Notes: generated by a model from the sequence alone, not told the origin. A stretch of 64,000 bases of DNA from Candidatus Spongiisociaceae bacterium (GCA_965262915.1 OZ253564.1:3648001-3712000), one strand, 5' to 3'; shown: positions 48,513 to 59,235, counted from the first letter of the stretch. Numbers and translations are program-made.

Positions 48513-49001
48513 TCAGGGTCGGATATCTTTGACCAGCAGCATGAGCGTCAGGTCATCTATGGGGGAAGGTTCGAACCCCCAATGACGGTAGAAGCCGGCA
48601 GCCTGTGGATCTTTGGCGTGTACCAGCAGCAGGCGAAGTCCGGTTAGTTCGGCTACCTCGATCGCCTTGAGCAAGAAGTGCTTCAGCAGGGCCGCAGCTA
48701 GGCCCTTGCCCTGATGTTGGCGGTCAACTCCCAGGCGGCCGAGGAGCATCGCGGGCAGCGGGTCGGGCTGGTTACGCGCGGCGCGTCTGGTAGCTTCGGT
48801 TCTGGCTACGACTGCTGTGGCAGACGCGTAGAACCCAACCACTCGGGTACCGTCTGTGACCACCCAGGTTCTGCTTGACCCCTCCCGCTGGTTGCGTAGC
48901 GCCCACCTACGCAGCCAGTCATCCAGCGCCTCGTTGCCGCAGTCGAAACCCTCCACATCGTGGGAAACTCCCAGGAGCTCCGGTCCCCGATATCGGCTCA
49001 C
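48513..49001 (-). CDS. GNAT toxin (TacT/AtaT-like)
   Basis: FDCGNEALDDWL, VVGFY, PLPAMLLGRLGVD..QGKGL, FYRHWGF. Confidence 0.92.
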   Translation of the reverse strand: MSRYRGPELLGVSHDVEGFDCGNEALDDWLRRWALRNQREGSSRTWVVTDGTRVVGFYASATAVVARTEATRRAARNQPDPLPAMLLGRLGVDRQHQGKGLAAALLKHFLLKAIEVAELTGLRLLLVHAKDPQAAGFYRHWGFEPSPIDDLTLMLLVKDIRP

Positions 49002-49270
49002 CCCGATTCAAGTACTGAGGGCTCAGCCAACAACGCAGCTACCTTCGGCTTAGCCGCAGGGGGCCGGTCCAGCAACTCTTGGATCTCCTCCCACACGTGG
49101 TCAGACACAGCAAAGACCCGCCGGTCCGCCAAGTCGTCAACAGCTGATGCGACCGCGCATCCGACCACGTATTCGTTCAGTGACATCCCAGTAGCAGCCA
49201 GCACCTGGCGCACAACCGTGTCCTGAGCCGCTGTCACCCGAATCGACCACCGCCTGGTCTTCGTATCCAC
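48998..49270 (-). CDS. DUF1778 RHH antitoxin (TacA-like)
   Basis: RWSIRVT, SLNEYV, LLDRPP; overlaps GNAT start. Confidence 0.88.
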   Translation of the reverse strand: MDTKTRRWSIRVTAAQDTVVRQVLAATGMSLNEYVVGCAVASAVDDLADRRVFAVSDHVWEEIQELLDRPPAAKPKVAALLAEPSVLESG

Positions 49271-49278
49271 ACCCCCGA

Positions 49279-49301
49279 GTGTACGCCGAACCGACGTACA
49301 C
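49279..49301. promoter_or_regulatory. Probable RHH operator of the GNAT TA operon
   Basis: GTGTACGCCG-AAC-CGACGTACAC inverted repeat. Confidence 0.6.
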
Positions 49302-49333
49302 CACAAGGCATCTCACGAGCCCGGGTCAGTAGC

Positions 49334-49778
49334 AGGCGGCACAGGAGCACCTCGTTGCCGAAGGAGGCGCCGATCTGGACTCCTACCGGAAGGCCGTCCG
49401 GGGTCATGTGCATCGGGAGGCTGGCGGCGGGACATCCACTGAGGTTAAAGAGGGGGGTGAAAGCGAGATGCCCCCACATCCGCTCTATGTACGCCTTGAG
49501 GTCTTCGCCCATCATGTCGAGGGCGCCTAGTGGAAGCGGGGGATCGGCCAGGGTCGGGCTCAGGATGATGTCGTAGCCATCGAAAAAACCGGCGAGGCGG
49601 CGTCCGCTGCGGTGGATCATGAGCAACGTGTTCACATAGTCCCGTGCCGACAACCGCCTACCTTCCTCCGCAACCATCCGCGTGACGTTCTCGAGATCGT
49701 CCGGCTGCAGTTGCCTACCCAATGCCGCCAGCCGCAGATCCACATGGTTGGCGGTGTGGGCTGCCATCACGGTCCGCA
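49334..49778 (-). pseudogene. Duplicated 3' fragment of the amidase gene
   Basis: Near-identical to ~45220-45664 (offset 4114); lacks the catalytic signature. Confidence 0.9.
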
Positions 49779-49781
49779 GTG

Positions 49782-49915
49782 CTAGCGGATAGGCAGAGCG
49801 CGCTCGCCCGTGTAGTTATTCCGGTGCGGATGCTGGCCAGGCAACCGCATGCCATCGCAGTCGGCTATTGGACTGTCGCGGCCCGTGTCTCCCCGGGTGA
49901 GTACCTATCCGCTAG
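49782..49915. mobile_element. MITE-like element, family B
   Basis: Perfect terminal IR (G)CTAGCGGATAGG / CCTATCCGCTAG(C). Confidence 0.6.
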
Positions 49916-49979
49916 CCCTCTAAGAACATCAGCCGAGAGCGCGGCGACGCTGGTCAGCCCAACCTGTCGGAGGCTCCCC

Positions 49980-50981
49980 TCACCACCCGAGAACAGCAGC
50001 CGCGTGGTCGCCCATGATGCCCTCCAACTTGTGCTGAGGGATAGGGTCGAGGCCCAGAGGCTCGGCATGGTCGTTGATCGTGAGGAGTTTCTCCCGCAGC
50101 ACCACCGGGTCATAGAGGAATCCGGGATAGTCCGAACCGAAGAACAGCTTCTCCAGGGGAACGAAGAACGGCTCGGCCTTGTGCAGGAAGGAGAACAGCT
50201 CCCTCGGGCTGAGCGCCGCGATGAGGTAGGAGAGTTCGCCGTAGAAGTTGGGATGCTTGGTGAGCAGGAAGAGGGCCTCGTCCTGCCACGGGATGCCCAT
50301 GTGGGCGATGATGACGGTGAGGTCCCGGAACTCCCTGCCGACGTCGTCGAGCAGCGCCGGGCGCCCGAGACCGAGGGAGGCGTCGATCCGGGTGGAACCG
50401 GCCTGGTGGAACATGACCGGAATCCCCAGGTCGAGGGCACACTGGTACAGCGGAAAGGCAAGCTCGCGGTCGTCCGGCGACCAGTGCTGGTACATGGGGT
50501 AGAGCTTGACGCCCGACAGTCCCAGCTCCCGAACCGCTCTGGTGAGCTCCTCCACCGCCGCCTTCGGCCCCTTGTAGGCAGGGTTGACCGATGCGAAGCC
50601 GACAAGGGTGTCAGGGTCCTGACGGACGAGCCCGGCAATGTAGTCGTTGCATTTCTCGGGGTCGGGCGGTCCGTCGACTCCGGTCACGCCGGTCGGGTCG
50701 ACCGTTCCTATCAGCTGCCCGTCGAGCCATTGGGGAGACACCGAGAGCAGGACGATCCTGTCGAATCCGGGATGGTCCCGCTTGGATTCGGCGCCGCCGA
50801 TCACCGGCCAGCCTTTCCGCGAGAAGCCGCTCGCCTCCCACTCCTCCTCGGTCGGCATGCGATGGGTGGGAACGGACCCGGAACTTCGGTAGATGCAAAG
50901 GGAACCCTCCCGACCGTATTGGACCGTGAACCCCGGATCGACCGCCAAGGCGAGCACGTGAGTGTGCATATCGATCTGCAT
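49980..50981 (-). CDS. Amidohydrolase_2 family protein
   Basis: IDMHTH, GVKLYP, FHQ, AHMG, FGSDYP. Confidence 0.92.
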   Translation of the reverse strand: MQIDMHTHVLALAVDPGFTVQYGREGSLCIYRSSGSVPTHRMPTEEEWEASGFSRKGWPVIGGAESKRDHPGFDRIVLLSVSPQWLDGQLIGTVDPTGVTGVDGPPDPEKCNDYIAGLVRQDPDTLVGFASVNPAYKGPKAAVEELTRAVRELGLSGVKLYPMYQHWSPDDRELAFPLYQCALDLGIPVMFHQAGSTRIDASLGLGRPALLDDVGREFRDLTVIIAHMGIPWQDEALFLLTKHPNFYGELSYLIAALSPRELFSFLHKAEPFFVPLEKLFFGSDYPGFLYDPVVLREKLLTINDHAEPLGLDPIPQHKLEGIMGDHAAAVLGW

Positions 50982-51193
50982 GTACCGCCCCTTTCTCCTT
51001 CGTATCGGCGCTACGAACCACCCTAACCGGTCACATCAGGACGCATACGGGGAAACAGCGAACGTTGTGGACTGCTTCGCGTTCAAGGCGCGAAGTAAGC
51101 TCCGCTCAAGGAACCGAACCGGCCGGTTCGGGAGACACTGCGGGATTCCCGGGGCCGGTTTTCGGATACACAGAAGCCGAAAGGACGGGACAG

Positions 51194-52792
51194 ATGTCGC
51201 GATATCTCATCGTGGGCAATCCGGTGGTCACGCTTGCCGAGGAGGCGTTCATCACCGATGGCGCGCTGATCGTCGAAGGCAAGAAGATCGTCGAGTCCGG
51301 ACCGCGGGCCGACCTCGAGTCCAAAGGCCCCTTTGACCGCATTCTCGGTTCTCCCGACCACTTCGTCATGCCCGGCTTCGTCGCCTCCCACTATCACTCC
51401 GAGTCGGCACTCGGTCCGGGACTCTGGGAGATGCTCTTCGAGCGGGCAAACATCTACGTGCATCCGGTTTTCAAGCCGATGGACGAGGAGATCATGTACA
51501 AGGCGATCCTCGTCACCCTCATGACCGCGGTTCGGGGAGGCATCACGACCACGGTCGATGCGTTCTACGGACGGCCCGGTCCGAAGAACTTCGGTATGAA
51601 CAACGCCTTGCAGGCGTACGAGGACCTTGGAATGCGAACCGCGCTCGGGATCACCCTGCGCGATGAGAACCTGTATGTCCACGAGGCCAACGAGGACTTC
51701 CTGAAACGACTCCCCGATCAGTTGGCCGAAGAGGTTCGCGACTCCCCTATGGGGTATGCCCTACCCGCGGACGATCTGATAGCCGCGTACCAGGATGCCG
51801 CCGGGACATGGGACCGCCGAGACGACCGGCTGCGCGTCCTGCTCGCTCCGGACTGGACCCCGGCCGTATCCGACGACCTGTACCGGCGCTGCCGCGCCAT
51901 CGCCACAGAATACGACACCGGGATCATGACCCATTGCCTGGAGACCCGATCCGAGATGCAGTACAACATAAGGCGTTTCGGTGTCACCGGCATGCAACGG
52001 CTGCACGACATCGGCCTCCTCGGGCCCGATGTGTCGCTCTCCCACTTCGTCTGGGCCACCGACCGCGACATCGAGATCCTGGCCGACAGTGGGGCTGTAG
52101 CTGCAAGCAACCCCGGCTCGAACCTGCGGCTGAGCACAGGGGTGTGCCGGGTACGCGACATTCTCGACGCCGGTGGAGGGCTGGCCTTCGGTACCGACGC
52201 CATCTCGTTCTCCGATCGCGACGACATGCTTCAGGAGGTTCGTCTTGGCGCCTACCTCCAGCGGCTACCCCGCGGCCCCGAACCGGAGCACGGTCGGCTG
52301 AACTCCGAGGCGCTCCTGCGCTCCGCGGCCACGTACGGGGCACGGGCCGCCCGCGCCGAGGATCGCATCGGCAGCCTGGCGGTAGGAAAGGACGCCGACC
52401 TGCTCATCCTCGACCGCAAGCGGGTCTTCGAGAGACCGGCGCGGTTCTACATAAGTCCGGTGCTCGACGTGATACTGGACCGGGCCGAGGGGACCGATAT
52501 CGAGACGGTGCTCATCGCCGGCAAGGTGGTTCTCGACAACGGCGAGATCACCACTCTGAACGAACAGAAGATCCGGGACGAGTACAACGAGGAGATAGCG
52601 AGGGGGCTGTTCGAGCTGGCCGAGCCTTGGGACCGGTGGGCCGAGTTGGCGTTCGAGGTCGAGCCGTACCTGTTCGACTTCTACCGCCCGTGGGCGGAGG
52701 AGCCGATGATCCCCGGCTACGAGTACAACACGACCACCGGCCCAATCGGCTTCCGAGGCGGGCACCGGATCGGAGGAGGTGACATCCGATGA
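51194..52792 (+). CDS. Amidohydrolase/deaminase family protein
   Basis: PGFVASHYH, THCLET, SHFVW, GTD; ATGA-coupled to the tenA-like gene. Confidence 0.9.
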   Translation: MSRYLIVGNPVVTLAEEAFITDGALIVEGKKIVESGPRADLESKGPFDRILGSPDHFVMPGFVASHYHSESALGPGLWEMLFERANIYVHPVFKPMDEEIMYKAILVTLMTAVRGGITTTVDAFYGRPGPKNFGMNNALQAYEDLGMRTALGITLRDENLYVHEANEDFLKRLPDQLAEEVRDSPMGYALPADDLIAAYQDAAGTWDRRDDRLRVLLAPDWTPAVSDDLYRRCRAIATEYDTGIMTHCLETRSEMQYNIRRFGVTGMQRLHDIGLLGPDVSLSHFVWATDRDIEILADSGAVAASNPGSNLRLSTGVCRVRDILDAGGGLAFGTDAISFSDRDDMLQEVRLGAYLQRLPRGPEPEHGRLNSEALLRSAATYGARAARAEDRIGSLAVGKDADLLILDRKRVFERPARFYISPVLDVILDRAEGTDIETVLIAGKVVLDNGEITTLNEQKIRDEYNEEIARGLFELAEPWDRWAELAFEVEPYLFDFYRPWAEEPMIPGYEYNTTTGPIGFRGGHRIGGGDIR

Positions 52793-53457
52793 CGAGCGTG
52801 TGCGATTCACTCCGGGACAGCTGCAAGGCGATCTGGCACGAACTCCACAACCATCCGTTCGTAGCGGAGATGGCGGCGGGCACCCTCCCGGAACGGAAGT
52901 TCGCCTTCTACATAGGCCAGAACATCGTGTTCCTCCGGGAACTGGCCAGAGCGATGGCCCTCGGAGTGGCCAAGGCTGATGACGAGGACACGATGCGGGA
53001 TTTCGCCGCCATCGTGAGCAGCATCGTCGACTTCGAGCTACCAAAGAACCGGCAATTGCTCTCCGAGGTCCGGCAGATGGTTCCGGGTGCGACCGAGGAG
53101 GTCACGATGGCGCCCGGAACGCTGGCCTATACACGGCACCTGCTGACCGTGGCCTACGAGGGAAGGGCCGCCGACATCATGGCCTCCCTCACCCCGTGCG
53201 CCTGGAGCTACGGGGAAATCGGCAAGGAACGGCTTCCCGACGCGCCCGACCATCAGGTGTACCGCACCTGGATCGAGTTCTTCGGCGGGCAGGAGTACTG
53301 GGACACACTCGAAGAGGTGAAGGCGAAGCTGGAACGGTTGTGCCAGGGGATGAGCGAGTCGGAGTTGGCCAGGATCCACGACATCTTCCGCACCAGCAGC
53401 CGCTTGGAGCAGATGTTCTGGGATATGGCCTACAACGAGAGCGCCTGGCCGGTCTGA
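52789..53457 (+). CDS. TenA/thiaminase II family protein (QN variant)
   Basis: HPFV...GTLP..KFAFYIGQN, PCAWSY, Y.TWI, LEQMFWDMAY. Confidence 0.9.
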   Translation: MTSVCDSLRDSCKAIWHELHNHPFVAEMAAGTLPERKFAFYIGQNIVFLRELARAMALGVAKADDEDTMRDFAAIVSSIVDFELPKNRQLLSEVRQMVPGATEEVTMAPGTLAYTRHLLTVAYEGRAADIMASLTPCAWSYGEIGKERLPDAPDHQVYRTWIEFFGGQEYWDTLEEVKAKLERLCQGMSESELARIHDIFRTSSRLEQMFWDMAYNESAWPV

Positions 53458-53467
53458 GTCCCTCCGG

Positions 53468-55501
53468 ATGACCTGGACCGTCGCCATCGACATCGGTGGC
53501 ACCTTCACCGATGTGGTAGCGGACGACGAGGCCGGTCGGCGCCTCACCGCCAAGGTTCCCACCGTCCCCGCCGACCCGGCACTCGGGTTGTTGACCGCCC
53601 TCTCGGAGCTCGGCCGCCAGGGTTTGGCGTTCGACGACGTCGCTCTCGTCTTCCACGGAACCACCATCGCCACCAACGCGGTCATCAACGACAGGCTGGC
53701 CCGGGTCGTCCTCCTCACGACCAAGGGGTTCCGCGATATCCTGACCTACCGGTCGGGTTCCCGTCCCGACGCGTACGACCTTCGCCAGAGCCGTCCCAGG
53801 GAGTTCGTCCCGCGCGGTGACCGGATCGAGGTGGACGAAAGGATCAGCGGAACGGGCGTCGTCAAGGCCCTCCCTGCTTCGGAAATCAACCGGGCCGCCG
53901 ACGAGGTGATGTCAAGGAACCCCGAGGCGGTCGCCATCTCGTTCCTGTTCAGCTACCTGGACGACCGGCACGAACGGGCGATGGCCGATGCGCTCCGGGC
54001 AGCCCTCCCTGATCTGCCCGTTTCGCGTTCATCAGACGTGGCGAGAGAGTTCCGCGAGTATCCCCGCACTGTCACCACCGTCGTCAACGCCGGCCTCCGT
54101 CCGGTGGTACGTGATTACCTGGTGGGGGCCGAGCAAAGCATCCGGGAACTCGGGATACGCGGAACCTTCCTCGTCATGCAGTCGAACGGCGGCGCTGTAC
54201 CGACTGCCCGGGCCGAAGCCGAGGCCCACAAGCTGCTGGTCTCCGGGCCTGCCGCCGGCGTGGCCGGGGCGGTGGCTCTGGGGACAGCCACCGGGCGAAC
54301 CCACCTCCTGTCCCTCGACATCGGGGGGACATCGGCCGATGTCTGCCTCATCCGCGACGGGGAGGCGTCCGTAGTCCCGATGCGACACATCGACTCCCAC
54401 CCGATACTGTCGCCGTCTCTCGACATCCATTCCGCCGGCGCGGGGGGTGGGAGCATCGTCGAACTCGACCGGTCAGGCGCTCTGAAGGTCGGGCCCCGCA
54501 GCGCGGGGGCGGACCCCGGACCCGCTGCGTACGGGCTGGGAGGCGAGAACGCCACCCTCACCGACGCCCACCTCGTGGCGGGCACGCTCGGGGTACGGAC
54601 TGCCCTCGGCGGGAGCCTCACCCTCGATCGCGAAGCCGCCCTCGACGCGGTCGCCCGCGTGGGGAAACGGCTCGGTTTGAGCACCCTCGCCACGGCGGAA
54701 GGCGTGGTGGCTATCGCCGACGCCCACCTGGAAGCGGCGATCCGGAGGGTGTCGATCGACCGGGGAGAGGACCCTCGACGATATACGCTCGTGGCGTTCG
54801 GCGGAGCAGGACCGCTCCATGCCGGCCAGTTGATTCGGGATCTGGCCATGCCCGAAGCGGTCATCCCGCGTCACCCCGGATTGTTCTCGGCGGCCGGCCT
54901 GGTCGCCACCGATCTCAGGATCGACGACTCGGCCACCATACTGAGGATCATCGACCGGGTCTCGGTAGGTGAGATGGCTACCTGGTTCGAATCAACCGCG
55001 GAATCGCTGCGGATCCGGTTGCGCAAGGACGGTATCGACCACGACCGGATCCGCCTGCAGGCTTCCATCGACTGCCGGTACCAGGGCCAGGGCTTCGAGC
55101 TGAACGTCCCGGTGCTATCCACCGCACTCGACCCGGAGCAGGTGCGCCGTGACTTCCGCCGCGTTCACGACTCCCTATACGGCCACGTATCGGACGAACC
55201 CGTCGAAGCCGTCACGCTGCGTATGTCTGCTTTCGGCGCCCTACCCGTCGGGACGGCGCCTTCAATTGACGATGCCTCCCGTGCTCCGCAACCTGTTTCC
55301 ACCCGGACTATGAAGCTGCGGGAGATGCCGCGCCCCGCCGAAGCCCCCGTCTACTTCCGTGAAGATCTCGGCACCGGCGCCCGGCTGCCAGGACCCTGCA
55401 TCGTCGAGCAGCCGGACGCCACCACCGTGGTACTCACCGGCCAGGCAGCCCGGGTGGACGGGTACGGCAACCTGTGGATCCGGGAAGCGACCGATGCGTA
55501 G
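53468..55501 (+). CDS. Hydantoinase A / oxoprolinase family subunit
   Basis: IDIGGTFTD, HGTTIATNA, SGPAAG, DIGGTSAD, GAGGGS, FGGAGPLH. Confidence 0.95.
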   Translation: MTWTVAIDIGGTFTDVVADDEAGRRLTAKVPTVPADPALGLLTALSELGRQGLAFDDVALVFHGTTIATNAVINDRLARVVLLTTKGFRDILTYRSGSRPDAYDLRQSRPREFVPRGDRIEVDERISGTGVVKALPASEINRAADEVMSRNPEAVAISFLFSYLDDRHERAMADALRAALPDLPVSRSSDVAREFREYPRTVTTVVNAGLRPVVRDYLVGAEQSIRELGIRGTFLVMQSNGGAVPTARAEAEAHKLLVSGPAAGVAGAVALGTATGRTHLLSLDIGGTSADVCLIRDGEASVVPMRHIDSHPILSPSLDIHSAGAGGGSIVELDRSGALKVGPRSAGADPGPAAYGLGGENATLTDAHLVAGTLGVRTALGGSLTLDREAALDAVARVGKRLGLSTLATAEGVVAIADAHLEAAIRRVSIDRGEDPRRYTLVAFGGAGPLHAGQLIRDLAMPEAVIPRHPGLFSAAGLVATDLRIDDSATILRIIDRVSVGEMATWFESTAESLRIRLRKDGIDHDRIRLQASIDCRYQGQGFELNVPVLSTALDPEQVRRDFRRVHDSLYGHVSDEPVEAVTLRMSAFGALPVGTAPSIDDASRAPQPVSTRTMKLREMPRPAEAPVYFREDLGTGARLPGPCIVEQPDATTVVLTGQAARVDGYGNLWIREATDA

Positions 55502-57125
55502 CCGGAGACTCGATCCCGTGACCTACGAGTTGATCCACAGCCGGTTGCTCCACTCGGCCCGCGAGATGGCGGTGATCCTCAAGCGGTCCAGTCACAGCCC
55601 GATCATCAGGGAGATGGAGGACTTCAGCTGCGCGATATTCGCCCCGAGCGGAGAATCGGTGGCTCAGGACGAACGGATCCCCGCGCAATTAGGAGCGATG
55701 TCGCTGGCGGTCCAGACCTGCATCGCCGAGTTTCCGGAACCCGGAGACATACAGCCCGGAGACGCCTTCCTGCTCAACCATCCTTACATGGGATGCATGC
55801 ACACGCCGGACCTGAACCTGATCATGCCGGTGTTCGCCACAGGCGTGGTGGTGGGATGGGCCGGATCGACCGCCCATCACGTCGATCTGGGCGGTCCCAC
55901 ACCGGGCACCCTGGCGCCCCACCACCGGGAGCTCTATGCGGAGGGCCTGATCTTCCCGCCCATCAGGCTATACCGGCGGGGTGAGGAGAACCGGGACCTG
56001 TTCCGGATGATCGCCGCCAACGTACGGGACCCGAGAGGGCTGGTGGCGGACCTGCGAGCCCAGCACGCCTCGTGCCTGACCGGGACGAGAGCCCTGCTCC
56101 TCACGATGGAACGCTACGGAACCGACCAGGTTCTCGCCGCCTTCTCCGAAATCCTGGACCGGACCGCCCGGCGCACCCGGGCGGCTCTGGGGAACCTCGA
56201 AGACGGGCAGGCGGTCCGCACCGGTCACCTCGACGATGACGGCCTCGGGAGCGCTCCGGTACCGATCCGAGTGCGGCTCTCCAAGTCCGGCGAGGAGTTG
56301 GATGTGGACTTCACCGGGTCTTCAGCCCAGGTGGACGGCGCGCTCAACGTGCCATGGGCCAGTACCCGAGCCTGTGTTGCGTACCTGGTTCGTACGATGG
56401 TGGGCCTCGACATTCCCTCCAACGACGGCTTGCTGGCCCCCGTATCGATCACTTGCCCGCCGGGCACCATCCTCAATCCCCGTTTTCCTGCTGCGGTCTC
56501 CGTACGTCACAACACGTGCCAGGTGGTCGCCGACACCCTCATCCGGGCGGCCTCCGACCTGTGGCCGTCCCGGGCGGTGGCGAGCAGCAGCGTGACCTTC
56601 TTCGGCTTGCAGATCGGCAGCCGGTCTCCCCGGACCGGGGAGACCGCCGTGCTCATGGAGGTCGTAGGTGGCGGGACGGGCGCCCACGACCACAGCCGGG
56701 GTATCGACGGCGTCGACACCTACATGTCCAACGTGGCCCTCCTACCGGTGGAGGTGGCCGAGACCGAATACTCTGTGCGGATCCTCAAGAGCGAACTCGT
56801 CGGGAACTCCTCCGGTGAGGGACGGCTCTCCGGAGGACTCGGCATCCGCCGCGAGTACCAGATCCTGGACGTTCCGCAGATCGCCACGCTCTACTGCGAG
56901 CAGGCGATCGACGAGCACCGACCTCAGGGAGCCGAGGGAGGTGACGATGCCCGGCCCACCCGGGTCACGATCGTGGGACCCGACGGAGGGGTCCTCTCCA
57001 CAGCCTCCAAGATCTCGACCTCGTTGCCGCCCGGCTCGGTGATCAGGGTGGAGACCAGCGGCGGCGGCGGCTACGGACCGGCTTCGACCGCGGGCACGAC
57101 TTCGGAAACGGCCCGCTCCAGTTGA
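55494..57125 (+). CDS. Hydantoinase B / oxoprolinase family subunit
   Basis: DFSCA, NHPY..HTPD, HHVDLGG, GGLG, GGGGYG. Confidence 0.95.
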   Translation: MRSRRLDPVTYELIHSRLLHSAREMAVILKRSSHSPIIREMEDFSCAIFAPSGESVAQDERIPAQLGAMSLAVQTCIAEFPEPGDIQPGDAFLLNHPYMGCMHTPDLNLIMPVFATGVVVGWAGSTAHHVDLGGPTPGTLAPHHRELYAEGLIFPPIRLYRRGEENRDLFRMIAANVRDPRGLVADLRAQHASCLTGTRALLLTMERYGTDQVLAAFSEILDRTARRTRAALGNLEDGQAVRTGHLDDDGLGSAPVPIRVRLSKSGEELDVDFTGSSAQVDGALNVPWASTRACVAYLVRTMVGLDIPSNDGLLAPVSITCPPGTILNPRFPAAVSVRHNTCQVVADTLIRAASDLWPSRAVASSSVTFFGLQIGSRSPRTGETAVLMEVVGGGTGAHDHSRGIDGVDTYMSNVALLPVEVAETEYSVRILKSELVGNSSGEGRLSGGLGIRREYQILDVPQIATLYCEQAIDEHRPQGAEGGDDARPTRVTIVGPDGGVLSTASKISTSLPPGSVIRVETSGGGGYGPASTAGTTSETARSS

Positions 57126-57973
57126 GCGATGTGGTCGCCGGCCGACTCGATACCAGGCATGTAGCTGGTGAAGAAGGAAACGTCGGTGGCTCCTAGGGCG
57201 GCCATCCGGCGCACGTTCGAGATGATGCGGTCGGTGGGCTCCTCGGGCCCCAGACCCACCGAAACGTGCAGCCGGAGAGCGTCGGCGCTGCGGCCCGCCT
57301 CGGCAGCCAGGCGCCGGATCTCCTTCCACGAGGCGCCGATCTCATCGACTGTCTGGACCGGCCTCGACAGCCATCCCACGCCGTGCTCCACCACCCGCCG
57401 GAATACGGGTGGGGTGGTGCCGCCGAACCACAACGGCGGGTGCGGCTTGGTCACCGGCTTGGGTTCCATTCCCATGCCATCCACCACATAGAAGCGCCCG
57501 TCGAAGTCCACCCGGTCACGGGTCCAGAGCAGCTTCATGAGCTCGATTCCCTCGTCCATGCGCCGGCCCCGCTCGGTGAAGGGGACCTCCAGCGCGTCGT
57601 ATTCCTCCCGGTGCCATCCGATCCCGAGGCCGAGTTCGAGCCGCCCTCCGGAGAGGCTGTCGACCGCCGCCGCCTGCTTCGCCACCACCGCCGGTCCCCG
57701 CTGGGGCAGGATCACCACGGCAGAACGCAGGGCGATACGTCTGGTCACGCCTCCCAGATAACCGAGCGCCACCAGGATGTCGTGGTAGGGGGTGCGGGCC
57801 GGGTAATGCGCCCGCGGTGTCCCGTCCGCCGCCGGGTAGGCGAGCAGGACATGATCGATCAGGGTCAGGAAGTCGTAACCCTGGTCTTCTGCAGCCTGGC
57901 AGATGTCCCGCATGGCGGTGGGATCGTCGATGAGGAGAGAGTTGACGGCGCCTATCCCGTATTTCATCTTCAC
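57071..57973 (-). CDS. LLM-class F420-dependent oxidoreductase (Rv2161c-like)
   Basis: DHVL, ILPQR.P...AKQAA.VD.LSGGR..LG.G.GW..EEY, PKP; 55-bp tail overlap with hydantoinase B. Confidence 0.92.
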   Translation of the reverse strand: MKMKYGIGAVNSLLIDDPTAMRDICQAAEDQGYDFLTLIDHVLLAYPAADGTPRAHYPARTPYHDILVALGYLGGVTRRIALRSAVVILPQRGPAVVAKQAAAVDSLSGGRLELGLGIGWHREEYDALEVPFTERGRRMDEGIELMKLLWTRDRVDFDGRFYVVDGMGMEPKPVTKPHPPLWFGGTTPPVFRRVVEHGVGWLSRPVQTVDEIGASWKEIRRLAAEAGRSADALRLHVSVGLGPEEPTDRIISNVRRMAALGATDVSFFTSYMPGIESAGDHIAQLERAVSEVVPAVEAGP

Positions 57974-58015
57974 GGCTCCTTCATGATCGACATCCCGTAC
58001 CCTTAGGGAGGCTAC

Positions 58016-58116
58016 CTTGTGGTCTGCCCGTGAAATGGCGGCGTGGTATGCGCCGGCAGCGAGGGGCGTCGGTGGCTGCCAGAGCATGGCAGGTTGTTTT
58101 GCGGACAGACCACTAG
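58016..58116. repeat. MITE-like repeat family A, internally deleted copy
   Basis: CTTGTGGTCTGCCC...GGACAGACCACTAG; homologous to 5285-5451. Confidence 0.7.
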
Positions 58117-58131
58117 AGACGGAGGATCGGG

Positions 58132-59235
58132 ATGAGGACGAGAGCGGCGGTACTGCACGAGTTCAACACCCCATTGGTCGTCGAAGGGGTCGAACTCGAA
58201 GCGCCGAAAGCCAACGAGGTCCGGGTGAAGATGGTGTCGAGCGGGGTTTGCCACAGCGATCTGCACATCGTCCAAGGCCACATCCCGGTCAACCTGCCGA
58301 TCATCTGCGGCCACGAGGGCGCCGGCATCGTGACCGCGGTGGGACCCGGCCCCGCCACCGTACAGGTCGGCGACCGGGTAGTCCTCTCCTGGGTGTCGCC
58401 CTGCGGCAACTGCAATTACTGCGCTACGGGGAGCCCCGCATTGTGCATGACCGCGATCGGACCGTCCTACGAGGGACATCTCCACGACGGGACCAGCCGC
58501 TTCTCGGACCCCGCAGGCCGGGCGATCAGCCACCATCTGATGCTGTCCACCTTCTCTCAAGAGGTGACCGTGCCCGCTTCGGCGGCGATTCCGGTCCCCG
58601 ACGATGTTCCCCTCGAGCCGCTGGCGGTCATCGGATGTGCCGTCTCCACGGGGATCGGCGCGGTGGTGAACACCGGCAACGTGCAGCTGGGCGACAGCGT
58701 CGCGGTCATCGGATGCGGAGGTGTGGGCCTCAACGCCATCCAGGGAGCTCGCCTCCGGGGTGCGGGCAAGATCATCGGAGTGGACATCAACGAACAGAAG
58801 CTCGAAGCGGCCCGACGCTTCGGCGCTACCCACACGGTGAACGCCGCCGAGGACGACACCGTCGAGACCCTCATTGCCATGACGGGTGGATTGGGAGTGG
58901 ATCTGGCGGTGGAGGCGATCGGCCATCCACAAACCGTGGCTACCGCCGTGAAGTCGTTGCGTCGCGGTGGAACCGCGGTGCAGGTCGGGATCGCACCGTA
59001 CGGAACCGAGGTCTCGATCGATATGACCCTGCTGCTCGACGAGCGCAAACTCCTGGGTTGTTACTACGGCTCGCTACGGCCCGCGTTCGACATCCCCAGG
59101 TACGTAGAGCTGTACCGGGCGGGGAAGCTGCTCGTCGATGAGTTGATAACCGCCGAGATCGGGCAGGAAGACATCAATCGCGCCCTCAACCAGTTCGAGC
59201 GTGGAGAAGGTATCCGTAGTCTGGTCCGCTACTAG
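58132..59235 (+). CDS. Zinc-dependent alcohol dehydrogenase (class III-like)
   Basis: GVCHSD, GHEGAG, CGNCNYC, GCAVSTG, GCGGVG. Confidence 0.95.
   Translation: MRTRAAVLHEFNTPLVVEGVELEAPKANEVRVKMVSSGVCHSDLHIVQGHIPVNLPIICGHEGAGIVTAVGPGPATVQVGDRVVLSWVSPCGNCNYCATGSPALCMTAIGPSYEGHLHDGTSRFSDPAGRAISHHLMLSTFSQEVTVPASAAIPVPDDVPLEPLAVIGCAVSTGIGAVVNTGNVQLGDSVAVIGCGGVGLNAIQGARLRGAGKIIGVDINEQKLEAARRFGATHTVNAAEDDTVETLIAMTGGLGVDLAVEAIGHPQTVATAVKSLRRGGTAVQVGIAPYGTEVSIDMTLLLDERKLLGCYYGSLRPAFDIPRYVELYRAGKLLVDELITAEIGQEDINRALNQFERGEGIRSLVRY

Noticed and set aside
50982-51193. TPP riboswitch upstream of the tenA operon (61315-61450 also checked)
   Set aside because: The conserved CUGAGA / CCUGA..A core was not found; only generic hairpins
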